Assembly: GCA_001643675.2 (NCBI GenBank)
Contig: LSRY02000003.1
Span: forward strand, 806,001-870,000
Reading direction: 5' to 3'
Source of the DNA: Monocercomonoides exilis PA203
Taxonomy: Eukaryota; Protista; Preaxostyla
DNA: 64,000 nucleotides
Part shown: positions 50,501 to 64,000 of the stretch, one piece after another
How positions within the stretch are numbered: position 1 is the first letter of the stretch
How the letters are laid out: each line of letters begins with the position of its first letter
Translations under genes and position numbers: made by a program
The notes under the pieces: generated by a model
Database searches by the model: none
What the model was told of the DNA's origin: nothing
Seen by the model: the letters and a program-made list of their open reading frames with translations, nothing else

Positions 50501-53500
50501 ATTTTTCATTTGTGGGTATGAAATTCAGTGCAAACACAGCAAAAGTGGGGAATGATATTTTCATTGAATGCTTCAACATCACATCGCAGATCGATGAAAC
50601 CCAATTTCAATTTGATCTTCGAGAAGGGAAATACAATCGCAGTAATGCAATATTTGGAAGAGATGAGTGTGATAACAAAGATGATACAGACCTGATTGGA
50701 TTTGTGACGATCCATCAGAGTGACACGATCATTGTGAGCAGTGTGAATGGAACGAATGAGAGACAATGCGGAACAAACATACTTCCTTGTTATTCAATTA
50801 ATCATGGGCTGGTGCATCTGACATCTGAATATGTGAGTCTATTGTATGTTGACGCTGAGAGTGTAATTGAAGAAGAGATAAATCTGGAGGAAATGAGTTT
50901 GAGCTCGAAAAGCAGAGGTTTGTGTGAAGTTGAAGTGAAAACAGGAATTGAAAAGACAAGAGAGACTTTGATAACAACAACAGGAACTGTGTCATTGTTG
51001 AGAGTGAATTTTGTATTTGATTCAATTTTCATCTCTTCACATGAATCACTGATATTGCCAGAAGGAGGAATTCTTGAAATTATGAATTGTTCATTCACCT
51101 CAAAACAATCAGCAGAAGAAGGAAATGAATATGCAAGCATTCCATTTCGTATTTTTAATATGGAAAAAGGAGAATTGCAACTTGATGGATGCACAATATC
51201 AAATCTTATTCTTCATGAATCTGCATTATTTCTCTCATCACCACTTTCATCAGTAATCGATTCATTAACGATTTGCCATTCGACAATTTCAAAATCTCTG
51301 GTAGATATTAATGAGTGCGGGCAATTGAAAATTGATAGACTGCTTGCTGAAAATATCACAGTTGATGGAAATGAAGAATCATTGATATATTGCCTGTCAA
51401 TGAAAAAGACAATTCAATTGGCAAATTGCACAATGGGTGAAGTCAGTTCAAAGACCACAAAAGGAAAATTGATGAAAGTGGAGAATTGCACAGATGTGAT
51501 AATGGACAGCTGCATTTTCGATGGGAGTTCAAAGGAAAGAAACGAGAAGAGTTTGAATGCAGAAGAAGAGATGTGCAGATGGGATGGATCTCTTGTGGAT
51601 GCTGTGAAGAGTTCTGTGATGATGAAAGATACAACAATAGCAAATTCACCAGATGGTGGAATAACAATGAGTGGAGGGGAAATGGTTGTCAAAGAAGGAA
51701 GATTTGAGAACAATGATCCCTCAATTGAAGGATATCCATCATTGAGAAGAAATATCATCTGTTCAGATTCAGGAACATCGAAAGCGGTGAGTTTGAAAGG
51801 AGGAGATGGATTGGAGAGAAACGCATCACTTTGAATGTTGAATGATGGGTGCTCTTTTGAAGGAATTGTTTCTGAGAGAGATTCATCACTTTTCATTCCT
51901 GTGTTGGAGAGTGTGGAAGCAAAAGAAGAGACAGATAGAATGAAGCTGACATTCAAAGGAATGCTTCTTGTTCCATGCAATCTGTCATTCTCAGTTGTGA
52001 AGAGGAAGGGAGAAGAGAAAGAGATTGAACATTATGATTTTGATTCAAATGGGTTTTTGTCAGAAAGAAAAGTTGAAGGAAGTGTGGCAAAAGATCTGAT
52101 CAATGGTTGTGGAAATGAAATAGAAATGAGTGTGCACATTTTGTTTGGGAATGCTGAATCTCCTTCATCAACAAATTCATTCATTCTGAAAAATGCAACT
52201 GAATCCGATGGAGACGGAAACATTGTGAAAGGAGACAACAGTTCAAGTTCATTGTGGATAATAATAACACTAACAATTATTCTTTTCGTTGTTCTTATTG
52301 TTGTCGTTGTTCTCGCTATTCGATGGAGGAAAGTGAAGGAAAGAAATGAGGAGTTGCAAGAGATTGTGAATGACAACATCAGAAAGGATCCGAAGGCATT
52401 TGAGATGGTGACGATGGAGATGTCGCCTGAGGAGCAGTGGAGAAGAGCAGAGAGGGAGGCAGAGAAGAAGAATGAGGAGAGGACAAAGAAGAGAGAATAT
52501 GAGAAAAGTTTGAAACACTCGGAGTCTTCAGAACATTTATTGAGTGAGAGTGGATCAACTGAATACATTTTTGGAAAAGATTCTGATAAAAATGGAGAAT
52601 GGGATTTGGAGAAGGAAGAAGAAACACGAAAGCGAACTTCATCACCATCCATCTCATCAGCAGATACAGAAACCGCATTTGTTCGAGGGGAGGATTTGTT
52701 TCCCACAACTTCATCGATGTCGAATCTGGTGGATGCAATGGCATGTTCATCGCCTTATGAAAAGTTGATTGTGGATCTGAGAGATTCGTTGTTCATGTTG
52801 CTTCATGGGAGGAATGAGAAGAAAGATCTGGCGATTGGCACTCTGAAGGAGAGGGAGATGACAGGAGTGCAGATGCTGTTCTGGGTGGCGAATGGAGCTT
52901 TGCACTCGCTTGAAGATGAGGAAGACGAACTTCCCTCTTTGCGAGAGCTGAGTCCGCACATTGTGCTGTTCTCGGAGCACATGGTGATCTGCATTGCGCT
53001 CCACTCCGACTGCTCCTCGTCATCTGATGATTCGGATTCATCCTCAATCTCATCAACCACCATTGTGACATCTGCAAGTGAGGAGGATGATGATGATGAT
53101 GAAAGAGATTCTCTGCCCTCATCAGCGTTTGAGGATGATGAAGACAAGTGGAAGGAGTGTTTGAGGTGGAAGGCGCCAGAGCTGGTGATGAACAGGAAGA
53201 TGGGAGCAACGGAGAAGTCAGTGGCATTCTCCATCGGGATGATGCTGTGGGAGTGTGTGACACTCGAGATCCCGTTTGGAGAATACGAAGGGGAAGTGGC
53301 AGGGCAAAAGATTGCTGATGGAGAGAAGCCGGATGAGAGGGGGATTGAAGAGAGTGGATTGAAGAATATGGTGAATGCGTGTCTGTCAGCAGAGCCATCG
53401 AAAAGACCGACACTCACTGAAGTGAAGAAAGAGCTGGTTGGGCTGTTTCCTTCTGGGACATTTGTTGTGACGATGACAGATGCAATCATTCTTGAGGAAA

Positions 53501-53598
53501 GCAGTGAAGAGCAGGATGAAGGCAGAGAGAGCAAGGAGTGTGAAAAGGAAGGGGAAATGGAAGTGAATGAGATGAAAGGCATGTTTAACAAAGGATGA
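44539..53598 (+). CDS. Giant cell-surface receptor-like protein: signal peptide, PMP-like beta-helix repeats, TM helix, TKL-like pseudokinase; one in-frame TGA at 51832
   Basis: MRAAFNILAFLLLVS signal peptide. Repeated GGAI/GGGVY, FxxN and CG....PC motifs. TM segment LWIIITLTIILFVVLIVVVVLAIRW. Kinase C-lobe RWKAPE, FSIGMMLWE...PF and PSKRPT, without HRD or DFG. ORFs 44317-51834 and 51835-53598 are in the same frame. Confidence 0.85.
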
Positions 53599-54464
53599 GA
53601 GCTAAAAATAAAAGAAATGTGCTTCAAACATAAATATATAACTAGAAAGAGAGTAATTCCAATGTATTTGCCTCGATTTTTAATCAATTCTGAAATTCGC
53701 TTCGTTGAATTTTGAGATGAGTGAGAAAACAAGTCAAAGGTTTATGGCGATGGGATTTTTGAGATTTGAATTTTAAATGTTGGTTTGAGATGTTTTGTAT
53801 TGATGAGTTTTTAAAAGCATTTTTAAAAAAAAATTTAATATTCAAATTTGAACAAATCATATTCAAACATGAAAAAGGAATTGAGGAAATATTATTATTA
53901 TCCAACAAAGAAAAATGTTTCTTTTTTTAATGTTTTTCCAGATATGTTTACAAAAAGACATTTTTTTATTTTGTAAGAATAACATTCTATTTGAAGGTTG
54001 TTTTATTGCTTTCAAATTCTTCAACTTAAAATAAACATTTAAAACGTCAAATCGAAAGAAATGCCAGAGTGATATCCCTGTGAATTATTCAATAATTTCT
54101 TTTTGGAAGAATTCAAAAAAAAAGGAAGGAAAGAAGTTTTCAAGGAAACTATTTTCAAAAAAGATGAAATTCTTTTTTGTTCAAACAAGAAAAAAAAATG
54201 TATATTTATGGGAAAAAAAAAATAGAAAATATTCAATAAAGAATTGAGAAAAATACAACAAACAGAAACAGAAAATTCTCAAAATGGCTGTTTTGATTTC
54301 CAGCAACTTTCAAAAGAGAGGAAGGAAGAATGTGAATAACAGCCGAATCCAAATAAATGTCAAAAAAAAGTCAGCCGATTCTCCTCAATTTTTAAAAACA
54401 TTCTTTTCTTTCTTTTTTTTTTTATTTCCATTTTTTCAATTTTATTTTCTTTCCCTCCAGCCGC

Positions 54465-55292
54465 TCAACCACCCTTCTTTGCTTTTCTGCTACCTTGCTT
54501 CAGCATGTTCTTCTCGCCCTGCCGCCTCTCCTTCTCCCTTCCCTTGCGCCACTTCGTAAACCCCGGATCATTCACCGTGAATTGTTTTTCAATCACCCTC
54601 TCCAGCGATCGCTTGCTCGCTATACGTAAAGCGCTGCTGCTTCTAAAGTGATCGAACAGCATTGTCAGCCGCTACCGGATGATGATGTGGTCCTTCTTGT
54701 GCACCTCGATGTTTGGATATCCTTCAAACTCTATCTCCTTCACCTCCTCCTTAAACACCCTGTGGCCCAGCTTTATTAGCTCCTCCATTTCTCTCTCACT
54801 CGCCTTTCTCTCCTCTCCATTGCCTCCTATCTCATATTCTCTCTGCAACTGCACTGCGTGCAGCGGAGTAGCCTGTCTCATTGATTGCATGCTCTGCATC
54901 GGCTGAGCCTGAAGTTGAACCAGAAGTTGATGTTGCTGCTGTCGTTGTAAGGCATCAAACGATAAAAAATGAGATATCTTGATGAAACTGACACCTTGGT
55001 GCGAGTTGCCAGCAATCGAAGAGGAACGAAAATGCTGATGATGCGACAGTTGCTGCGACCTTTTCGAATTGTTGCTGCTGCCCCAACTTTCATTGCTATT
55101 ATTAATGTTGTTATAGTTGTTGCTGTTGTTGCTTCCACAGCTGTTGAAGGATGTTCCATCGGAATTGTTATTTAAATTACAATTTTTCGGGATGTTATTA
55201 TTATTAATCCCAGAAGAAAAAGATGATGTTGTTGATGATGTTGATGAAGATGAAAACGATGCTGTTGTGATTGCCACCAGCTTCTGTGTCAT
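54465..55292 (-). pseudogene. Decayed unidentified gene fragment (Ser/Asn/Gln-rich)
   Basis: Same-frame ORFs 54672-55292 and 54465-54662 are split by one stop codon. Confidence 0.35.
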
Positions 55293-56718
55293 CTGCTGTA
55301 GTTGTTGTATTTGCAGCTACAGTTGCTGGATCTGTTGTGAGTGCAGCTGGAGAGAGGCAGAGATCGAAGAGGAGAAAGAAGAGGAAGAAGAAGAAGAGGG
55401 AGGAGGAAGAGAAGGAAATCTTGAAAAAAAGGAAAAGGGGCAAGAATATGAAGAGGAAGAAGGCTTATCATAACCATTAATCGACCAGTTGACCGCTCTG
55501 TTAATCGACGTAGCAATCAGTGAAAGAACTGAAGATGATGAAGAAGAAAAATTTAACTTTCAATCCAGAAGGCGAGTCAAAAGTGGAAGAGTCCGATTTC
55601 TGTGTTAATGAAAATAAGAAGCACTTCTTTCTGGTTGAAAACGAATGCAAGCCAGCCATCCAATGGAAGAAAAAATTACAAAACAGAAATATATCGGAAA
55701 TTGAAAAATGAAAAAAAATGGCAAACTTATTATGAAACGCAATATGTGAATTTGAGGCAATTGTGTTACACCTTTTCAAACAACAAATTCTCAAATACGA
55801 AGAAGGCCTTCTTTCCATCAGCTAAGTCAAAAAACAATCGTAAATGAAGAGATCGAAGGAGAAGGAGAAGAAGAAGAAACCATTAAATCATCAAAAATGC
55901 TGAGTGAAATGGATTGTCTAGGAATGACACTCGACATAAAAAATACTGTTGGTCGGAATGGAAAAAATGATTTAAAAAATACATAAAAATTAGTTTTGCA
56001 TTGATTATAAAAAATTCTTAAAAAGAACATACCTGTCATCTCTTTCGCAAATGCAGAAGATTGTTCAATCACTGATGCTGTCAATCTCCTTTTCCATTGT
56101 TTCCCAGTGCTCCTTTCTCCGTCATCCTTTTTGCCACATAAGCATCCTGCTTTCAATGTTGCCATCAATTTTTTTCCTGAAAAAAATATCTCCGAATTCT
56201 ATTCTTTCCAAGAGCCTTTCAATTGTTGGAATTTTTCTTTTCGCTCTCATCCAAATGCTTTGAAATTGAATTTATTTTCATCCCCTCTCCCAACTGAATA
56301 CAAAAAATTTGCAATTCACATCTGCTGATTTTCTCTCGGCATAGCTCTCTTCTTATGATCTCCTCAGAAAAACAAAAAATTGGTTACAAATTGAATTTTT
56401 CAGATTCTTGCACTCTGAGAAGGCCACAGATGGAAACATTTTCAAAATGAACAAGAATAATAAAAAATGCAAACATCAAACTTTTCATACATTATTTTGG
56501 AAAATGAATTTCCTTCAAAGATGCTTTTCATAAAAATCATCTCGCCCAATTCCATCATCAATTCCCCATCTTTGCTGTCTCGTGAAACCATTCAAAATAA
56601 TATCGCCTATTCCACGAGATAGGTTTACTAGCCAACTCTCATCTTGCAAAATATCTATTCATTTTCAAAGATTATTAATCGATCAAAGTAACCATAACAG
56701 CAAATAAAGAAAAACAGT

Positions 56719-56763
<45 letters not shown>

Positions 56764-56935
56764 CAAAAAGATGAAGTGAATCTGTGAAAGCAAAACAAAG
56801 CCTGGGTGACTGACTGACTATTAAACGCAAATATATGATATTTGACTGATGCAAAAGAAAAGAATCACGTTATCTCAAAATGTGATTATTTCTATTGAAT
56901 AATTTCACATTTGAATGGCAACAATTTTCCATTTA

Positions 56936-58487
56936 CACTAACAATCAAAAATAACTGATTGACTTTCAAAAATCAAAAATATGAACCAACAGTTATGAAA
57001 GGGAAAAATCACGTTCAATTATTGTTATTATCAAACATGTTTATGCTTTGAAATTGAGATTATTTTTTTTTTCTTTTCAAAAACAATAAAAAAAAACGAT
57101 TTTCCTAAAAATAGAAAAAAAATTTGTAAAAATTTTATAATCCGGATGTTCAAAAAAAAAGTTTAATTTCAAGAATTAATTCCAATAACATAATCAAAAT
57201 ATGTTAATAGTTGATTGATCCTCCTTCATTCAATATAACTGTTTTTAGGCGTTTGTACATCGAGTGAACAAGTTCATAAATAATATCCATTTCAATTTCA
57301 TTCCAGGCATCCAAAATTGATTGTTTCAGCTCATTCGCATCTTTCTTTGGTTTTCCATCTTTGAAAACTATCCTAGATAATATGCTCCACACATTTTCGA
57401 TGATATTTAATTCTGGAGAATAAGGGTGCCATTCCACTCTGGTGATCGAAAAATTTCTGATAACATTTTGCATTTTAATTGATCGATGAATAGGTGAATT
57501 ATCGTGGATAAATCTCCCATTATTTTTGAACCGCTTGCGTGCAAAAGGAATAAATGAAAACTTCATAGTACAACAATATTCCTCAGAATTCATTGTTTCA
57601 CTAACAAAAACGATAGGTGATTTGAAATTATTACCCACTGCGGCCCATATATTTATTTTTTCATGTTTATTCTGACTTTGATGGTCGAAAATTTCCTCAT
57701 TATCTTTTTAAATCCATTCCATTCTTGTATTATCTGGTCCAAAAAATTTGAATTTTTTTCATCAGCAAAGATCGTTAGTTCCAATAATTCATCATCTCTT
57801 AAATGTTTTTCAGCAAATTCGTTTCTCTTCTCACAAGCATTCTTTGATAGGTAAGGTTTGATTTTTCTCTTTGTATATTTTCTATTTATTAAGCTCAATA
57901 GTCGATGAGCAGCGGAATTGCTGAAATTCACTCCAAGATAATCGGTCAAATCTCTGGCTCTTTGAATATTCGTATACTTCGATTCTTTTTTTACTTTCCC
58001 CAACAAAACAGGCGTAAGAATAAGTGGTCTTCCAAGTTCACGTCTGGCCAGCCGTTTTGATTGCATATAGTTTGCTTTTAAATATTTTATTTGCAGTATT
58101 GACTGAAATATTCAATAAACGAGCAATTTCGTTTCTTCCTTTTCATTGATCGCGCAGTAAATGTATTTTCTTTTGAATCGAACCTTTAGTAATTCTTGTC
58201 ATTTTGTTTTGTTTGTGTATTATTTCTTTTTTTATATTAATGCTTTTATCGTTCGCAAATTAACTTTTTTTCCCGGATCACATTTTTTTTTGAAAAATTT
58301 CCAGTCATATATGAAAACAAACATTTTTTTAAAATTTTTCAATCTTTTTTTAAAAACAAAGCAGATAAATCAAAAATATCATCATTTTATGTTCAGATCG
58401 ATAGATTGTTATTGCAGACTTTTTCTTTAATCATAAAAAAAAATAAAGAAGCATTATCAGGATCACATAATTCTGATGAAAAATGTG
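56936..58487 (-). mobile_element. Tc1-like transposon (boundaries tentative)
   Basis: TA|CAC...GTG|TA ends with weak inverted similarity (atcaaaaataactgat versus atcagaattatgtgat) around a Tc1 transposase. Confidence 0.55.
57204..58202 (-). pseudogene. Tc1 DD34E transposase pseudogene
   Basis: EIARLLNIS HTH, LGRP, IFADEK, FIHDNSPIH and WHPYSPELNIIENVW (34 residues between D and E). Contains stops and frameshifts. Confidence 0.9.
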
Positions 58488-58561
58488 TATATATATTACA
58501 TTAAAATAAACAAATATTGAAAAAAAAGTATTTTAACGAAAATTTAAAACTTAACCAATTA

Positions 58562-61500
58562 TAGGGAACTGACGGCACTGACGGAGATGGATTATTTTGA
58601 TCAAAAAATGTCAATGATGTCAGTGACAGGCAGCGCCTTGGAAGAAAACACCATGGGTGAAGAACGAATTTCACTTGAAGAAGGATTGAAAAATAGCCTT
58701 TCAAATATTTTCATCGTTTGATATTCTTTTTCAAATCACTTTGAAAGTTGAATTTTTTTTCTGAAGGAAAATGCTTTCGAAAAAAAGATGGAAGAGTTGA
58801 AAAAAGCTCGTTGTCAATAAGTAAAACTCGAAAAATGTGATAACTCATAATTTGGTACAAGTTTTGTTTTGTGTTTTACCAATTTTTAATCATTTTTTTA
58901 TTTCATTTAATCTGAGTGTTTAAGTATCCCAAAAAAATGACGAATATTTATCAAAAACATCCTTTGAAATTGTGAATCACAATTTATGGATTTCTTACTA
59001 AAAAGTTGACGAACATGGAACTGCAAAGAATGATTGTCACAGGTATTACATGTGCCCAAATTCAAAAGACGGTTTTCCTTGTGGTGTATCAGGAAGAAAA
59101 TCATATCCAAATATCATCAAACATAATTGTCAATTACTAAAACATCAGCAAATATCAACATTATTAAAGCAGCGACAACAACTTGCAATTCACAGCGAAA
59201 TGGAAAAATCAAATTATGAAAAAGCAACAATCACAAGTGAGCTTGAAGATCTATTTGTCAAAATGATTTGCAAATGCAACGCTTCATTTTTATCAGCATC
59301 GTCAGATGAAATGAACACATTTTTATATGCATTAATGCGAATCAATCAAGAAAATTCATCTTTATCACAAACTTCGATTTTCCCATATCTAACAAGAAAA
59401 AAAGTTTCTCAGATGGTTTTGAAAAGTGAAACAGCAAATAAGCTTGAAAGAATCAAATCGATCGCAAATAAAAGCTTTTGAATTTTACTGGACGGTGGAT
59501 CAGCTGGAAATGTTTCGTATACTGTTGTTTCTGTTGCTTCTCTTTCATTACAGTCATCTACATTTTTCTGGGGCCTATATCCTTGTTGTTATTCAACTGA
59601 TGAATACTCTAATATTCTGAAAAATATCATCTCAGAATTCCAGTCGTTTGATGTGACAATAAGAAGTTTTTGTGCAGACGGGTTTTCTGCGCAAAAAAAG
59701 GCAATAGAAAAATTATCAAACGCTCATTCTGAAGAAAGCACATTCGTGGAACATCATTTTGTTACTAAACATGTAACATCTATTGTTGCAGCCATTTTAC
59801 AAATCTTGTCATAAGTTCATGTTTCAGCAAAGTGCCTTTTCTTCTTGAATCAAAAAGAAAATATTGCAATTTGCTTAATTAGCCCATACCAAATCCATCA
59901 GACTTTTATTGAAAAAAACTGCTCCTTCGTTCATTGTCACAAGGTGGTACAGTTTGTTCAATTTATGTTCCTTTATTCGAAAAAAGCGCCAAATTATTGA
60001 GAAAGAAAAATGGATTTCAAAAGAAGACATAATTGACATCATAAAAGCTGAACTTGTTCTTCTTCCTTTGGCTAAGTTTCATCTTCATTTGGAATGCAAC
60101 AAAACAAAACTTTGTCACGTTTTCCCGTTTATACAACGAATTATTGGAATTTTCATTGGAATGACAAGGCATCCATTATTTTCTGAAGAGAAATGGAATG
60201 ATGCAATTTCTAATTTTCTTATCCAAACACATAATTATTTTTTTATAGGCTCTCGAGGTGAATTCATTTCTTTATCGTTCGCTGTGACTCCAATTGGCAT
60301 GGAATTGTACAGAACACAACAGTTTTCTTCTAATCTCATCAATTATTCTGGATTTTTCGATAGATTTTCTTCAGCTATTCAATCAACAAATAAAGATCAA
60401 AAGAAAATCAGGTCATTCACGAACTTTCATTGATAACTCATTCTTTGGACAATTCTGCTGATTCGTTGTTGCGGTGTCATTATTCAACATTTTTTGTTAT
60501 GTCTGAACCTTTGGAAATTCTAGAGGATAAATCAATTTTGTGTTGTGAAGCGCAAATTCATTCCATTTAAAAATTTGAGTGATGACAAATATTCAAATAA
60601 AATGGGGTTTGTAACTGTCTCGAATTAATTCTTAAAACAAACAACAAAAGATTCAAACAAAAACGAACGATTGTTATCTGATGAATTCGAACAAATTATA
60701 AATGATTTGAATAATTTCACAGAAGCAAAGGATTCTCCTGAAGGGGTTCAGGAAGTCCAAAAGTTAGATACAGTATTAGAGAATGAATCGGAAGACAAGT
60801 TCGGTTTGCAAGAGGCTGAAGACGAAGCAGTGAACGATTTGTTTGAATTATTTTCCCACAGCAACCATCAACTTTCGGAAGTTCGACAATTAAGATCTTC
60901 TCACTTTTCTTCTTATTCATCGTATTCATCTTCATCTCCATATCACTCTTCTTCTTCGGATAATTACACAATGATTGATGAAGCAATTTCAACTGATACT
61001 CAAACAAAGAAAGAACGAAAACAGAACTCAAAGGACATGGATGAAGACACAGAATGGCATGAATGCATGAATGAAGATGATCATGATGATATATCTGACA
61101 GCAGCAACATTGAAAATGATAAAGATGATGTGGAAATTCTTTTTTGGACAAAAAAGAAATCAATAATTGTGGCATAATTGTGTATAAAAGAGAGAGAATC
61201 AAATCAGATGATTGAAAGCATGATATTGACGGATTGGTTTCCTCGATTGTCATCGGCGTTAATTAAATACTGCAATAAGACCATTGGAAATTTAGACAGA
61301 AAAATAATAGAAGGCTGCGGTATGTTATTTCAACGATTCATGAAAAGCAGCTCATCCGAAGTCGTTGAGGAAGATGCAGAAATATTTTATAACGCTTTTT
61401 CTTCATATGGAGATCTGCAAACCGTCTTTTCTGGGCTTTGTCTTGCGCTTATAACTTCACCTTGCAGCGAAGCTTGCTGCGAAAGAGCCATTTCAAAAAT

Positions 61501-61600
61501 AAAAAACATTATTGGAAAAAAGAGATATACTTTAAGCATGCATTCGTTAGAAGCACTTCTACAAGTTTGTTTTTTTTTTTTTGCAATCAAATTTTTCTAG
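58562..61600 (+). mobile_element. hAT transposon (left end plus transposase pseudogene); right TIR not found
   Basis: Left end TAGGGAACTGACGGCACTGACGG with repeated CTGAC motifs, upstream of the hAT transposase remnants. Confidence 0.65.
59008..61600 (+). pseudogene. hAT transposase pseudogene
   Basis: BED-like Zn finger (MCP...PCG...IKHNC), ILLDGGS, FCADG, VTRWYS and dimerization-domain SEACCERAISKIKNIIGKKRYTL. Stops, frameshifts and an acidic insert. Confidence 0.85.
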
Positions 61601-62173
61601 TATTCATATTCGCAAAATTTGTTTGTCTGATAGGAATGATGAAAATAAAGTTTATTTTTCTTTCGATTTTTTTTTAAACAATAAGAACATAGAACATTCA
61701 TTCTCGCCTGGCTTTTGAATAACTTTACTGTGAAGAGGTTAAATGTCAGAATATCGATTATTATTTGGAAATATGCAAGAATGTTTTATTTTTTCACCGA
61801 CTATTTTCACTTCTTGCTTTATAGACCTTCGTTCTTTGAAATCTTTATTCATTTCTTTTTCTTTCATTAAACAAACAGGTCATTGATTGCAATAACTTTA
61901 TTCGATTGAAAATTTTTTGAAAAAGCAAATAAAAAAAGTTCTTATTTATCCAAAACAATCATTTTAGCTAAGGCTTCTCAAGGGACGTTGATTATTTTCA
62001 GCTTTGGATGGCATTCTTTGAATCTGCTAAACAGTCAAAGCATTGATTCAATAGATTCAATCTTTTCCAATCATTATCTGCATATTTGTCTATCTTCTCT
62101 TTTCCTTTATCTTCATACAACTTATCATAAGCTGTTTTTTTTGATCAGCTTTGGCTTTGTGTTTTCCTTGCAA

Positions 62174-63551
62174 ATGCAGAAAATATACGATGATTTAACT
62201 GATTTGAGGGATGAGCCTTTCCATTTGTCAAAAAAATTATCCATTGCTCCTGAGATCTGTTCGACAGAAGCATCCGCTATTGCCTCTTTCGACACATTTG
62301 TTGCTGAGATCGATGATAATTAGAGAAGATTAAAGATTGTTCCATCAAGAGGCGGCTGAAGTGAATGAAAATCACAAGAAGTCGAAACTGAGGGAGCAAC
62401 AGACGCTTCGAATAATATGTTGTGGTGGTGACGGATCGGGGCGTTGTTTTTGTGTACGATATGATGCTTTTGGCAATGCTTTCTGTTCCGCTGGTGGAAC
62501 CGCTTCCGTCGCTTTCAGTGTCGGTGGACACGAAGTCGGGGAGCAAGCGGATCTTTGCAGCGGCAGATGTGAATGCTTTCCCGTCGATCTACGATCTGTT
62601 TGACCCGTCGCTGCAAATATGGCGATCGCAACAGTCGAGGCGTGTGGAGGTGAAGCTGGACGAGGAAGTGATGGGGCGAGGGGTTGCAGTGTGTGAAGTC
62701 GGGGAGATTGTGGAGAAGGTGCTAGAGGCAGCGGGGCTGAGGATGGAGGATGTGGTTGTGTCTCCAGCAACGATTGCGCTGGCTGTGCTGGAGGAGCGCG
62801 AAGAGGAGGAGGCAAAGATGGAGGGAGAGGGGAAGGTGATTGCAATGAGGAGAAAGGCTGGTGTCCGACAGTGCACAGAGAGTTTGCGGAGAGAATCAAA
62901 GAGAACATGAGGAAGCTGGAAGAAGTGACGGTGCCGCTGGTTGTGGAGGCGCTTGGTCTGGCTTGGCTGAGGTTTGTGAAGGCAGAGGCTGAGGTGGAAA
63001 AGTTGCATTCAGTGGAATCAGAAGTGTGCAGTTCTTCTCCGTCTGATGGCATTCAACAGGAGATTTCAAAAGCAATAGAAGCAGCAGATGGGTCTTTGTG
63101 CATAACTTCAGATGGAAGAGATAATAATGTATAAAAATATGATGAACAGATAGAAATGTCAATGAATGAATTAGGGATGAATGAGGAGTCAAGGAGAAAG
63201 GGTGGTTCTATTGATTTGGAGAAGGAAGAGGAAGAGGAAGAGGAGAAGTGAGAAGAAGAAGAAGAGGGACAGACACTTGACGAGGAATTGCCACATTTGA
63301 AGTTTTTGAGGCTGATTGACGAGAGTGCATATGTGAAATGGTAGGACGATCTTGTGATGATGACCGTGATGTGGCAGCTGGTGGATCTGTGTGACGGGCA
63401 GGAGCTGATTGTGATGAAGCCAGTTGTGGAAAGGATGATACAGCCGGATGGGACGATGAGCATCAAGTTCATTGGGGAGAGGCTGTTTGTGAGGAGAGAG
63501 AAGAGAAGAGAACGGTGTGGAGGTGTGTATTTGGCATCGGATGGGGCATAG
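62174..63551 (+). pseudogene. Decayed unidentified host gene fragment
   Basis: GC-richer, GNN-biased frames (62422-62910, 62871-63134, 63354-63551) broken by stops and shifts. Confidence 0.4.
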
Positions 63552-64000
63552 CTGCTTTAAAAAAACAGATCCAGTAAAAAGCGATGAAATAAAAAAAAAA
63601 AGAAGACGGAAACCAAAGAAAGAATGAGATGAATGAACAAGCAACAAAGAAATGTTCTGCAAAAAGGAATCAAATGTTTTTGCAAAATGAAAATATTAAC
63701 TGATTAGACAAAGTGAAAAACACATATGAATTTCATTATTTTTTTTTATATCTTTATTTGAAAAATAATAATAATTACTCAAGTTGTGCTTATCAAAATA
63801 AATACAAATATTTTGATATTTATCTTCAATTACCAGTTTTTATCTCATTTTCGAATTTTTTCTCCATTATTTATTTAATATGACAAATATAAGAATGTTA
63901 TTGTATTATTCCAAAAGAAATCCTTTCAAGACATTAAAGACTTTCATTTCCAAATTGATAATGTGGAATTGAAAATAGTTGATTTGGTAGTAATGAAAAT

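Noticed and set aside
51832-51834. Selenocysteine codon
   Set aside because: No redox-motif context and no SECIS recognised; Trp>stop is simpler.
62337-62603. LRIICCGGDGS resembles the diacylglycerol-kinase GGDG motif
   Set aside because: The downstream residues do not fit the family, and the overlapping frame 62422-62910 has the coding-like codon bias.
1-64000. CRISPR arrays or rRNA genes
   Set aside because: No regularly spaced direct repeats or rRNA signatures seen; tandem repeats are only TCT/GAA microsatellites and poly(T) runs.

Overview
AT-rich eukaryotic DNA with short GT-AG introns and Ser/Glu low-complexity genes. It also carries a giant beta-helix/TM/pseudokinase receptor gene, so it resembles an oxymonad such as Monocercomonoides (inference). 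About half of the window is transposon-derived: Merlin/IS1595-like, pogo/Fot1 DD35D, PHIS (PIF/Harbinger-ISL2EU-like, 3-bp ANT TSD), hAT, Mutator-like, Tc1 DD34E, a DIRS fragment and several MITEs. Host genes are tRNA-Leu(TAA), a 5-exon nitroreductase, a 288-aa unknown ORF, a >1100-aa Glu/Lys-rich protein and a ~3000-codon receptor pseudokinase with one internal TGA. Main discovery: four DNA transposons from two superfamilies (13644-20984) are stacked head-to-tail directly upstream of the tRNA gene. Removing them with their TSDs maps every insertion to -12..-7 relative to the mature tRNA 5' end. This suggests Pol III/tRNA-start-site-targeted cut-and-paste transposons. The two PHIS transposases share a spliced second exon with an invariant WFIPNQWKS motif, a candidate targeting peptide. 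All alignments and coordinates were derived by eye.
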